From sequence record PX655591.1: DNA of 38,819 nucleotides, one strand, 5' to 3'. This DNA comes from a phage. Made by a program: the position numbers and the translations under genes. The notes beneath the pieces are model-generated. The model ran no database searches. It worked only from the letters and a program-made list of their open reading frames with translations, and had not been told where the DNA came from. The number at the start of each line of letters is the position of its first letter. Position 1 is the first letter of the stretch. This document shows, in pieces, positions 17,951 through 25,978 of the stretch.

Positions 17951-19519
17951 ATGGCTGAACGTGAAGGGTTCGCTGCTGAAGGAGCCAAAGCGGTCTATGA
18001 CCGACTGAAGAACGGTAGACAGCCATATGAGACACGCGCTCAGAACTGTGCTGCTGTCACTATCCCGTCACTGTTTCCTAAGGAGTCCGACAACTCGTCT
18101 ACTGAGTACACAACTCCGTGGCAAGCTGTAGGTGCTCGCTGCTTGAACAACTTGGCTGCAAAGCTGATGTTGGCGTTATTCCCTCAGTCACCATGGATGC
18201 GACTAACAGTCTCAGAATATGAGGCCAAGACCCTGAGTCAGGACTCAGAGGCTGCTGCTCGTGTTGACGAAGGGCTTGCTATGGTAGAGCGTGTGTTGAT
18301 GGCCTACATGGAGACCAACAGTTTCCGTGTCCCATTGTTCGAGGCTTTGAAGCAGCTTATCGTCTCCGGTAACTGTCTGCTCTACATTCCAGAGCCTGAA
18401 CAGGGAACCTACAGTCCTATGCGAATGTACCGCTTAGTGTCCTACGTTGTTCAACGTGACGCTTTCGGTAACATCTTGCAGATTGTGACTCTCGACAAGG
18501 TAGCGTTTAGTGCTCTACCGGAAGACGTGAAGTCTCAACTCAATGCAGACGACTATGAGCCTGACACCGAGCTGGAAGTGTATACGCACATCTACCGTCA
18601 GGACGACGAGTATCTGCGCTACGAGGAAGTGGAAGGCATTGAGGTAGCAGGGACAGCTGGTTCCTACCCGCTTACCGCCTGTCCTTACATCCCGGTACGA
18701 ATGGTTCGATTGGACGGTGAAGACTACGGTCGTTCTTACTGCGAGGAATATCTGGGAGACCTGAACTCGCTGGAGACGATTACAGAAGCTATCACAAAAA
18801 TGGCTAAGGTAGCCTCCAAGGTAGTGGGCCTCGTTAACCCGAACGGAATCACGCAACCTCGACGTCTGAACAAGGCGTCTACAGGTGAGTTCGTGGCTGG
18901 TCGAGTTGAGGACATCAACTTCCTGCAACTGACGAAAGGTCAGGACTTTACGATTGCTAAGTCGGTGGCTGATGCTATCGAGCAACGTTTAGGCTGGGCC
19001 TTCCTTCTTAATAGTGCTGTTCAGCGTAATGCCGAGCGAGTCACTGCTGAAGAGATTCGTTATGTTGCTGGCGAACTGGAGGCGACCTTAGGTGGTGTGT
19101 ACTCAGTACAATCACAAGAGCTTCAGTTACCTATCGTCCGTGTGTTGATGAACCAGCTTCAGTCTGCTGGCATGATTCCTGACCTTCCGAAAGAAGCGGT
19201 AGAACCTACGGTCTCCACTGGTCTGGAAGCGTTAGGCCGTGGTCAAGACTTAGAGAAGCTGACTCAGGCAGTCAACATGATGACAGGGCTACAGCCTCTG
19301 CAACAGGACCCAGACATTAACTTGCCGACACTGAAGCTGCGACTGCTGAACGCCTTAGGCATTGACACCGCTGGTCTACTGCTTACTCAGGACGAGAAGA
19401 TTCAGCGCATGGCTGAACAATCAGCTCAAGGAGCCGTGGTCAACGGTGCGTCTGCTGCTGGTGCTAACATGGGTGCTGCTGTAGGTCAGGGAGCTGGTGA
19501 GGACATGGCTCAAGCCTAA
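17951..19519 (+). CDS. Portal (head-to-tail connector) protein (gene 8-like), 522 aa
   Basis: Extensive recalled identity to T7 gp8 (YETRAQNCA...TIPSLFPK...RMVRLDGEDYGRSY). Confidence 0.97.
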   Translation: MAEREGFAAEGAKAVYDRLKNGRQPYETRAQNCAAVTIPSLFPKESDNSSTEYTTPWQAVGARCLNNLAAKLMLALFPQSPWMRLTVSEYEAKTLSQDSEAAARVDEGLAMVERVLMAYMETNSFRVPLFEALKQLIVSGNCLLYIPEPEQGTYSPMRMYRLVSYVVQRDAFGNILQIVTLDKVAFSALPEDVKSQLNADDYEPDTELEVYTHIYRQDDEYLRYEEVEGIEVAGTAGSYPLTACPYIPVRMVRLDGEDYGRSYCEEYLGDLNSLETITEAITKMAKVASKVVGLVNPNGITQPRRLNKASTGEFVAGRVEDINFLQLTKGQDFTIAKSVADAIEQRLGWAFLLNSAVQRNAERVTAEEIRYVAGELEATLGGVYSVQSQELQLPIVRVLMNQLQSAGMIPDLPKEAVEPTVSTGLEALGRGQDLEKLTQAVNMMTGLQPLQQDPDINLPTLKLRLLNALGIDTAGLLLTQDEKIQRMAEQSAQGAVVNGASAAGANMGAAVGQGAGEDMAQA

Positions 19520-19537
19520 ACTATCACTATAGGAACA
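19515..19537 (+). promoter_or_regulatory. Phage RNAP promoter (CCTAAACTATCACTATAGGAACA)
   Basis: Conserved 23-mer overlapping portal stop; position matches T7 phi9. Confidence 0.85.
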
Positions 19538-19540
19538 ACT

Positions 19541-19632
19541 AGAGCCACTCAAAGTGGGACTTACTGTAGCGCACACAATGACCGTGGGTATTTAGCCTAA
19601 GTCATCCTACAGGTCCCACTTTGAGTGGCTCT
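19541..19632 (+). promoter_or_regulatory. Long hairpin in the gene 9 leader: perfect 20-bp inverted repeat (19541-19560 / 19613-19632) with a 6-bp extension after a 3-nt bulge
   Basis: AGAGCCACTCAAAGTGGGAC and its exact reverse complement; CTGTAG/CTACAG extension; read directly. Confidence 0.75.
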
Positions 19633-19663
19633 ACCTATTAACGACTTAAAGGAGAACGACTCA

Positions 19664-20548
19664 ATGTCACAATCAGTTTATGCCGAGTTCGGCGTTAGCT
19701 CTAATGCAATCACTGGTTCCGTTGAGGACCTGAACGAACACCAGAAGTCTATGCTTGAACAGGACGTAGCTGTTCGTGATGGCGATGACGCTATTACCTT
19801 CAAGCAACTGGAAGCCGAAAACGAAGAGGCGACCGAAGAAGACGAGAACGTCGAAGAGACTGAAGGTGAAGAAGACCACGAGTCCGATGACGAAGAATCT
19901 GAGACCGATGGGGAACAACCTGAGTTCATCGAACTTGGTGATGCACCTAAAGAGCTGACCGAAAGTGTTACAGCTCTGGATGAAAACGAAGCTGCATTCG
20001 ATGATATGGTGTCTTCTGCTGTAGAAGCTGGAAAGGTCACTGCTGATGAAATTACCGCTATCAAGGCTGAATACGCCAAGGACGGTAAGCTGTCTGACGC
20101 ATCCTACGCTAAGTTACAGGAAGCAGGTTACACCAAGCGTTTCGTAGATTCGTTTGTCCGTGGTCAGGAAGCTCTGGCTGAACAGTATGCTGCTGGTGTG
20201 GTTCGCTACGCTGGTGGTGCTGAACAGTTTAACCGCATCCTGTCTCACCTTGAGTCCAACGACCCGTCAACTCGTGAAGCACTGGAAGCTGCTATCGTTC
20301 GTAAGGACATTGCGACTACCAAAGCTCTACTGAATCTGGCTGGCAAGACTCTGGGTAAAGCTGTAGGCGTTAAACCTCAGCGTACCATCACCAATCAGGC
20401 TAAACCTGTTGTCGCACCTAAGGCTCCTCAGACCGAAGCATTCAGCTCCAAGGCTGACATGATTAAGGCTATGAGTGACCCGCGCTACCTGCGAGACGCT
20501 AAGTACACGATGGAAGTTCGCGCTAAGGTAGCTGCCTCGAGCCTGTAG
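19664..20548 (+). CDS. Capsid assembly (scaffolding) protein (gene 9-like), 294 aa
   Basis: YAKLQEAGYTKRFVDSFVRGQEALAEQY...KAMSDPRY matches recalled T7 gp9; RBS AAAGGAGAA; start taken at ATG 19664. Confidence 0.9.
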   Translation: MSQSVYAEFGVSSNAITGSVEDLNEHQKSMLEQDVAVRDGDDAITFKQLEAENEEATEEDENVEETEGEEDHESDDEESETDGEQPEFIELGDAPKELTESVTALDENEAAFDDMVSSAVEAGKVTADEITAIKAEYAKDGKLSDASYAKLQEAGYTKRFVDSFVRGQEALAEQYAAGVVRYAGGAEQFNRILSHLESNDPSTREALEAAIVRKDIATTKALLNLAGKTLGKAVGVKPQRTITNQAKPVVAPKAPQTEAFSSKADMIKAMSDPRYLRDAKYTMEVRAKVAASSL

Positions 20549-20551
20549 TTG

Positions 20552-20574
20552 ACTAAACTATCACTATAGGGAGA
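20552..20574 (+). promoter_or_regulatory. Phage RNAP promoter, best consensus match (ACTAAACTATCACTATAGGGAGA), phi10-like
   Basis: Identical to T7 core CACTATAGGGAGA; followed by GGGAGACC...GTTTCCC 5' stem-loop as in the T7 gene 10 leader. Confidence 0.9.
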
Positions 20575-20674
20575 CCAAGAGATACTCAATGTTTCCCTAT
20601 TACTTCAGTCCATACGGATTGGGCGTACAGTAAGTAATAAACTTTATCTTTCAATTGAATAGGAGAATTATCAT

Positions 20675-21718
20675 ATGGCAAACGTTCCGGGTCAGAAAAT
20701 TGGTACAGACCAAGGTAAAGGCAAATCTAGTTCCGACGCTCTGGCGTTGTTCCTGAAGGTATTTGCTGGTGAAGTCCTGACCGCATTCACTCGCCGCTCT
20801 GTAACTGCTGACAAGCATATTGTCCGTACCATTCAGAACGGTAAGTCTGCTCAGTTCCCGGTCATGGGTCGCACCTCTGGTGTGTATCTGGCTCCGGGTG
20901 AGCGACTGTCCGATAAGCGTAAAGGTATCAAACATACCGAGAAAGTGATTACCATTGATGGTCTGCTGACTGCCGATGTGATGATTTTCGACATTGAAGA
21001 CGCTATGAACCACTATGACGTGGCTGGCGAGTATTCCAACCAGTTAGGTGAAGCGCTGGCTATCGCTGCTGATGGTGCGGTTCTGGCTGAAATGGCTATC
21101 TTGTGTAACCTACCTGCCGCTTCCAACGAGAACATCGCTGGTCTGGGCACTGCGTCCGTACTGGAAGTTGGTAAGAAAGCAGACCTCGACACCCCGGCTA
21201 AACTGGGTGAAGCAATCATCGGTCAACTGACCATTGCTCGTGCTAAGCTGACCTCCAACTACGTTCCTGCTGGCGACCGTTACTTCTACACCACGCCTGA
21301 CAACTACTCTGCAATCCTCGCGGCTCTGATGCCGAACGCTGCTAACTATGCTGCGCTGATTGATCCAGAGACTGGTAACATCCGTAACGTGATGGGCTTC
21401 GTTGTTGTTGAAGTTCCGCATCTGGTACAGGGTGGTGCTGGTGAGACTCGTGGTGAAGATGGTATCACTATCGCTTCCGGTCAGAAACACGCATTCCCGG
21501 CGACTGCTACTGGCGACGTTAAAGTTGCTATGAACAACGTTGTGGGTCTGTTCTCTCACCGTTCTGCTGTTGGTACTGTGAAGCTGCGTGACTTGGCGCT
21601 GGAACGTGACCGTGACGTCGATGCTCAGGGCGACTTGATTGTTGGTAAGTACGCTATGGGTCATGGTGGTCTGCGCCCAGAAGCAGCAGGCGCACTGGTT
21701 TTCAGCCTAGCGGCGTAA
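20675..21718 (+). CDS. Major capsid protein (gene 10A-like), 347 aa
   Basis: Extensive recalled identity to T7 gp10A (HTEKVITIDGLLTADV...AMGHGGLRPEAAGA). Confidence 0.97.
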   Translation: MANVPGQKIGTDQGKGKSSSDALALFLKVFAGEVLTAFTRRSVTADKHIVRTIQNGKSAQFPVMGRTSGVYLAPGERLSDKRKGIKHTEKVITIDGLLTADVMIFDIEDAMNHYDVAGEYSNQLGEALAIAADGAVLAEMAILCNLPAASNENIAGLGTASVLEVGKKADLDTPAKLGEAIIGQLTIARAKLTSNYVPAGDRYFYTTPDNYSAILAALMPNAANYAALIDPETGNIRNVMGFVVVEVPHLVQGGAGETRGEDGITIASGQKHAFPATATGDVKVAMNNVVGLFSHRSAVGTVKLRDLALERDRDVDAQGDLIVGKYAMGHGGLRPEAAGALVFSLAA

Positions 21719-21849
21719 GCACCTTTAGCCAACCTAACGTCGCTACAGTAGCGGCTGCACCTGAAGAGGAGACTCTAACTCCTCAACAGAAAGCTGCGCG
21801 TACTCGTGCTGCGAACAGGGCCGCTAAACTGGCTGAGTCCAACAACTAA
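20675..21849 (+). CDS. Minor capsid protein 10B-like (frameshift product, about 392 aa)
   Basis: Inferred from slippery site and open -1 frame; extension length close to the T7 10B extension. Confidence 0.5.
21697..21703 (+). other. Putative -1 programmed frameshift slippery site G GUU UUC near the end of gene 10A
   Basis: Heptamer read from sequence; the -1 frame stays open for 48 codons to TAA 21847-21849, matching the T7 10A/10B arrangement. Confidence 0.6.
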
Positions 21850-21852
21850 TTG

Positions 21853-21892
21853 AAACCCCTTGGGTGCCTTCGGGTGCTTGAGGGGTTTTTTG
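21853..21892 (+). terminator. Tphi-like terminator for phage RNAP (CCCCTTGGGTGCCTTCGGGTGCTTGAGGGGTTTTTTG)
   Basis: Near-identical ends to T7 Tphi (AACCCCTTGGG...CTTGAGGGGTTTTTTG); directly after capsid gene. Confidence 0.85.
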
Positions 21893-21906
21893 CTTAAGGA
21901 GGGGTT

Positions 21907-22473
21907 ATGCCTCAATATGTACCAATCGGCACTGATGATGATTTAGACGCTATCAATGATATGTTAGGGGCCATCGGTGAACCATCTGTCCTACAGCTGG
22001 ACGAGACCAACGCAGATGTCTCTAATGCTCACCGTATACTACATCGTATCAACCGTCAGGTCCAAGCTAAAGGCTGGAACTTTAACATAGATGAATCAAA
22101 GGTTCTGACTCCAAGTCTGGACACACGGCAAATCGTCTGGCTGCCTTCATACCTTAGGATGCAGACAACCGGTTCAGCTAGTGCCTATAGTAACCGTGGT
22201 GGTTATGTTTACGACCTGATACTGCGTACCGACCTGTTTGATGCACCTATAACCGTGGAGCTTATTGAGATGAAGCAGTTCTACGAGATGCCTGTGGTCT
22301 TCCGAGACTACATCGTGACAAAGGCTAGCCGAGAGTTTAACGCCAAGTTCTTCGGAAGCATGGAGTCAGAAACCTATCTGCGTGAGCAGGAGCAGGAACT
22401 GTATCAGCAGGTCATGGAATACGAGATGGATACAGGTCGCTACAACATGATGTCTGACATCGGTCGAGACTAA
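21907..22473 (+). CDS. Tail tubular protein A (gene 11-like), 188 aa
   Basis: NRGGYVYD...MEYEMD motifs shared with recalled T7 gp11; RBS AAGGAGG. Confidence 0.9.
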   Translation: MPQYVPIGTDDDLDAINDMLGAIGEPSVLQLDETNADVSNAHRILHRINRQVQAKGWNFNIDESKVLTPSLDTRQIVWLPSYLRMQTTGSASAYSNRGGYVYDLILRTDLFDAPITVELIEMKQFYEMPVVFRDYIVTKASREFNAKFFGSMESETYLREQEQELYQQVMEYEMDTGRYNMMSDIGRD

Positions 22474-22484
22474 TAGGAGGAGCT

Positions 22485-24848
22485 ATGCCGCTTTACACTC
22501 AGAGTATAAAAAATCTTAAAGGAGGGATAAGCCAACAGCCTGACATCCTAAGGTTTCAGGACCAAGGTGAAGAGCAGGTTAACGCTTGGTCCTCCGAAAG
22601 TGGTGGACTTCAGAAGAGACCACCTTCAGTCTTCAGGAAGCGTATCTCAACAGCGTCTGGCATCCCTGATAACTCTAAGTTCCACTTGGTGAACCGTGAT
22701 GAGGACGAGCGGTATTACCTCGTGTTTACAGGTACTACCGTACGGGCCTTCACTCTTGATGGGGCCGAGGTGGCTGTAACCGGGCCAGACAACTATTTGT
22801 CCACCAGCAATCCGCAAGAGGACATTAGGGTAGTGACTGTGGCAGACTATACGTTCATCGTTAACCGCTCCAAGGTGGTGACTGCAGGAGCGACCACAGC
22901 ACATCCGGGGTATAACCTTAAGTCTCGAGGTCTCATTAACGTACGAGGAGGACAGTACGGTAAAAAGCTGACGGTCAGTATCAATGGAGGACCTGAGGTC
23001 AACCATGCGCTCCCTAATGGCACTAGCGCCGAAGCTGACCCACCACGGATTGACGCGCAGTTCATTGCTATCAGCCTCCGTAACGCCTTAAGGACAGCAT
23101 ACCCTGACTATACGTTCGAAGTGGGGTCTGGCTATGTGGTATGTACGGCTCCAGAGGGTGGCTCTATAAACCGTATTGATACTAAGGATGGGTACGCCAA
23201 CCAGATTATCAACCCTATTCTCACCTCAGTCCAGACCGTGAGTAAGCTGCCTCTGGCGGCTCCTGACGGATACATCATAAAGATTCAGGGCGAGACAAAC
23301 AGTTCAGCCGATGAGTATTACGTTCGCTATGACGCTGATGCAAAGACTTGGCGCGAGACTGTGGAGCCGGGTACGGTCTTAGGATTTAATAAAGACACGA
23401 TGCCCCACGCCCTGATTAGACAGGCTGATGGTACGTTCAAGTTCGACGTGCTGAACTGGTCTGAGAGAGGGGCAGGTAATGATGACACCAGCCCCATGCC
23501 GAGCTTTGTGGGAGCTAAGATTAACGACGTGTTCTTCTACCGAAACCGATTAGGGTTCCTATCAGGTGAGAACGTCATTATGTCCAGACCGGCTGGCTAC
23601 TTTGCGTTCTTCCCTAAATCTGTGGCAACCATTAGCGATGATGACCCTATTGACGTGGCTGTTAGTCACCCTCGTATCAGTGTCCTGAAGTACGCTGTTC
23701 CGTTCTCTGAGCAATTACTTCTGTGGTCAGACGAGGTACAGTTCGTTATGTCATCCGCTGGGGTCCTGACCTCAAAGTCTATCCAACTTGACGTAGGGTC
23801 TGAGTTCGCGGTGAGTGATAATGCACGGCCGTTTACAGTCGGACGCTCGGTCTTCTTCAGCTCACCCCGCGGGACATTCACCAGCATAAACCGTTACTTT
23901 GCGGTTGCTGACGTATCTGATGTTAAGGACGCTGATGACACGACGGGTCATGTACTGTCCTACATTCCTAATGGAGTATTTGACATCCAAGGGTCCTCGA
24001 CTGAGAATTTCATCTGTGTGGCAACCTCTGGAGCATGGAACAAGCTGTTCATCTATAAGTTCCTCTTCAAGGACGGCGTACAGCTTCAGGCATCATGGTC
24101 TCACTGGGACTTCGGTGAAGGATCAAAGGTGCTGGCCTCAGCATGTATTGGGTCGACCATATATCTGGTTCGCAAGTCTTCTGAAGGTGTGGACCTTGAG
24201 TCTATCTCCTTTACTAAGGACTCCACTGACTTCCCCGATGAACGACTGAGACTTTATGTAGACGGTAAGGTTCTATATACGGTTCCGTCCAATGCGTTCA
24301 ACGCAGATACGTACCAGACCGTACTCAACATGGCTACAGCCTATGGCGTTACCCCAAGTGCTGGAGAGTATGCCGTGATTGAGACCAATGGTCGCTACGA
24401 GGAGTTGCCTGAGCAGGATTTCAATGTTAACCCTGTGGTCCTCCTTACTGGAGACTGGAGTGGTAAGACGCTTATCATCGGTCGTCGCTACACAATGCGC
24501 TACGTCTTCTCTCGGTTCCTCATTAAGCAGGAGGACCAGAACGGGACGCAGACGGTGGACTCCGGGCGCCTACAACTCCGAAGAGCGTGGGTTAACTACG
24601 AGAATACTGGTGCTGTGACCTTCACGGTATCCAACCCTAGCAGGGACTTCACGAACAAACTTAACGGTGGTGACGTTGGGTCCTTAATCCTCGGTGGTGT
24701 GAATGTGGGTGACGGACAGTATCGATTCCCTATGAACGGTAACGCCCTGACCACACGTCTCATCCTTGAGTCGTCTCATCCTACCCCTGTTTCTATCGTT
24801 GGCTGTGGCTGGGAGGCGTCTTACGCTCGTAAGGCTCGCCCTATCTAA
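22485..24848 (+). CDS. Tail tubular protein B (gene 12-like), 787 aa
   Basis: Size and position; RBS AGGAGG. Confidence 0.9.
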   Translation: MPLYTQSIKNLKGGISQQPDILRFQDQGEEQVNAWSSESGGLQKRPPSVFRKRISTASGIPDNSKFHLVNRDEDERYYLVFTGTTVRAFTLDGAEVAVTGPDNYLSTSNPQEDIRVVTVADYTFIVNRSKVVTAGATTAHPGYNLKSRGLINVRGGQYGKKLTVSINGGPEVNHALPNGTSAEADPPRIDAQFIAISLRNALRTAYPDYTFEVGSGYVVCTAPEGGSINRIDTKDGYANQIINPILTSVQTVSKLPLAAPDGYIIKIQGETNSSADEYYVRYDADAKTWRETVEPGTVLGFNKDTMPHALIRQADGTFKFDVLNWSERGAGNDDTSPMPSFVGAKINDVFFYRNRLGFLSGENVIMSRPAGYFAFFPKSVATISDDDPIDVAVSHPRISVLKYAVPFSEQLLLWSDEVQFVMSSAGVLTSKSIQLDVGSEFAVSDNARPFTVGRSVFFSSPRGTFTSINRYFAVADVSDVKDADDTTGHVLSYIPNGVFDIQGSSTENFICVATSGAWNKLFIYKFLFKDGVQLQASWSHWDFGEGSKVLASACIGSTIYLVRKSSEGVDLESISFTKDSTDFPDERLRLYVDGKVLYTVPSNAFNADTYQTVLNMATAYGVTPSAGEYAVIETNGRYEELPEQDFNVNPVVLLTGDWSGKTLIIGRRYTMRYVFSRFLIKQEDQNGTQTVDSGRLQLRRAWVNYENTGAVTFTVSNPSRDFTNKLNGGDVGSLILGGVNVGDGQYRFPMNGNALTTRLILESSHPTPVSIVGCGWEASYARKARPI

Positions 24849-24872
24849 CTTATTGAATGGCCTATAGATTTA

Positions 24873-24895
24873 CCTTAACTATCACTATAGGGACT
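24873..24895 (+). promoter_or_regulatory. Phage RNAP promoter (CCTTAACTATCACTATAGGGACT), phi13-like
   Basis: Conserved 23-mer; intergenic. Confidence 0.85.
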
Positions 24896-24924
24896 ATAGG
24901 CCCTTAAGGTTATAAGGAGACATT

Positions 24925-25395
24925 ATGTATATTCGTAAGGCTACGGAACCAGATGTCCACTACTTTCTGTGGCATCTTTCAGCAGATGATGTTAATGAAT
25001 GCAAAGCAAACTATGGGTCAACCGTGGGTCTCTCTGAAAGACTGCTTAAGCACCTATCTCCGTCATCTGTGGTTTTAACGAACGGTGTAGGCGAAGTGTT
25101 TGCCTATGGTGGAAACCAAGGGGATAACGTATGGTTCTTGACTTCGGGTCTGGTCTACAAGCTGGGGCCTAAAGAGAAGCGAGAGTTCATAAAGTGTATC
25201 TCTGAGTACAGGGACTTAATGTTAGACCAATACGGGACCATCTGGAACTACGTGTGGTCAGGCAATAAGTCTCACATTAAATTCTTGAAGTTGCTTGGCG
25301 CTAAATTCCATGAGGATTGGACTATCAGCCCGGTAACTGGTGAGCGTTTTCAATTATTCACTATCTCTAAGGAGGACGTATGTGTGAACCCATAA
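24925..25395 (+). CDS. Internal virion protein A (gene 13-like), 156 aa
   Basis: Position and size; RBS AAGGAGA. Confidence 0.7.
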   Translation: MYIRKATEPDVHYFLWHLSADDVNECKANYGSTVGLSERLLKHLSPSSVVLTNGVGEVFAYGGNQGDNVWFLTSGLVYKLGPKEKREFIKCISEYRDLMLDQYGTIWNYVWSGNKSHIKFLKLLGAKFHEDWTISPVTGERFQLFTISKEDVCVNP

Positions 25396-25967
25396 GTATC
25401 GGCATGGGTATCATGGCTGTAGCCGGGGCCACTATGTCCGCATCCCAGCAGGCCAAGGCCGAAGGTGCAGCAATTGACGCTCAGAACCGACAGGCTCAGG
25501 AAATGGTTAAGCAGATGAACTACTCTGACGCCAACCTGAGGATGCAGGAGCGAGACCTGAAGGAGCAGCAGATGGCTGAACTGACAGAGATCACGCTCAA
25601 CGGTATCCGCAATCAGGGTATGGTCCGAGCTGCGGTGGCTGAGTCAGGTCTGGAAGGTAACTCTATGGACAGGATTGAACGTCAGGTCGCAGGAGATACA
25701 GTCAAGGAGCGAGTAGGGATTACCGAAAGTTACAACCGCGACTATGCGGCTATCTTCGGGAACCGTATCGCCAACATTGAGAACACAAAGTCTGCTATCC
25801 GTGGTCAAGGTAAAATCATCAAGACCAGCCCACTGGCTCATGCACTTAATGTTGCTAACGCCGGGGCGCAAGGCTACGCCGCTGGTAAGTCAATCTCTGG
25901 AGAGTCCAGCTCTGGTGGTTCTGCACCAATTAGTGCTGCTAAGGGCACACCTACAGGTCATAGCTAA
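25380..25967 (+). CDS. Internal virion protein B (gene 14-like), 195 aa
   Basis: N-terminal MC... and GNSMDRIERQ similar to recalled T7 gp14 (GSSMDRIKR). Confidence 0.85.
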   Translation: MCEPISIGMGIMAVAGATMSASQQAKAEGAAIDAQNRQAQEMVKQMNYSDANLRMQERDLKEQQMAELTEITLNGIRNQGMVRAAVAESGLEGNSMDRIERQVAGDTVKERVGITESYNRDYAAIFGNRIANIENTKSAIRGQGKIIKTSPLAHALNVANAGAQGYAAGKSISGESSSGGSAPISAAKGTPTGHS

Positions 25968-25978
25968 GAGGAGGACTA

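Noticed and set aside
18515-20079. Minus-strand ORFs of 156 and 133 aa within the portal and scaffold genes
   Set aside because: Antisense to conserved genes; the second is a low-complexity Ser-rich frame mirroring the acidic scaffold region
21110-21664. 184-aa minus-strand ORF inside the major capsid gene
   Set aside because: Fully embedded antisense to a strongly supported gene; likely a chance open frame
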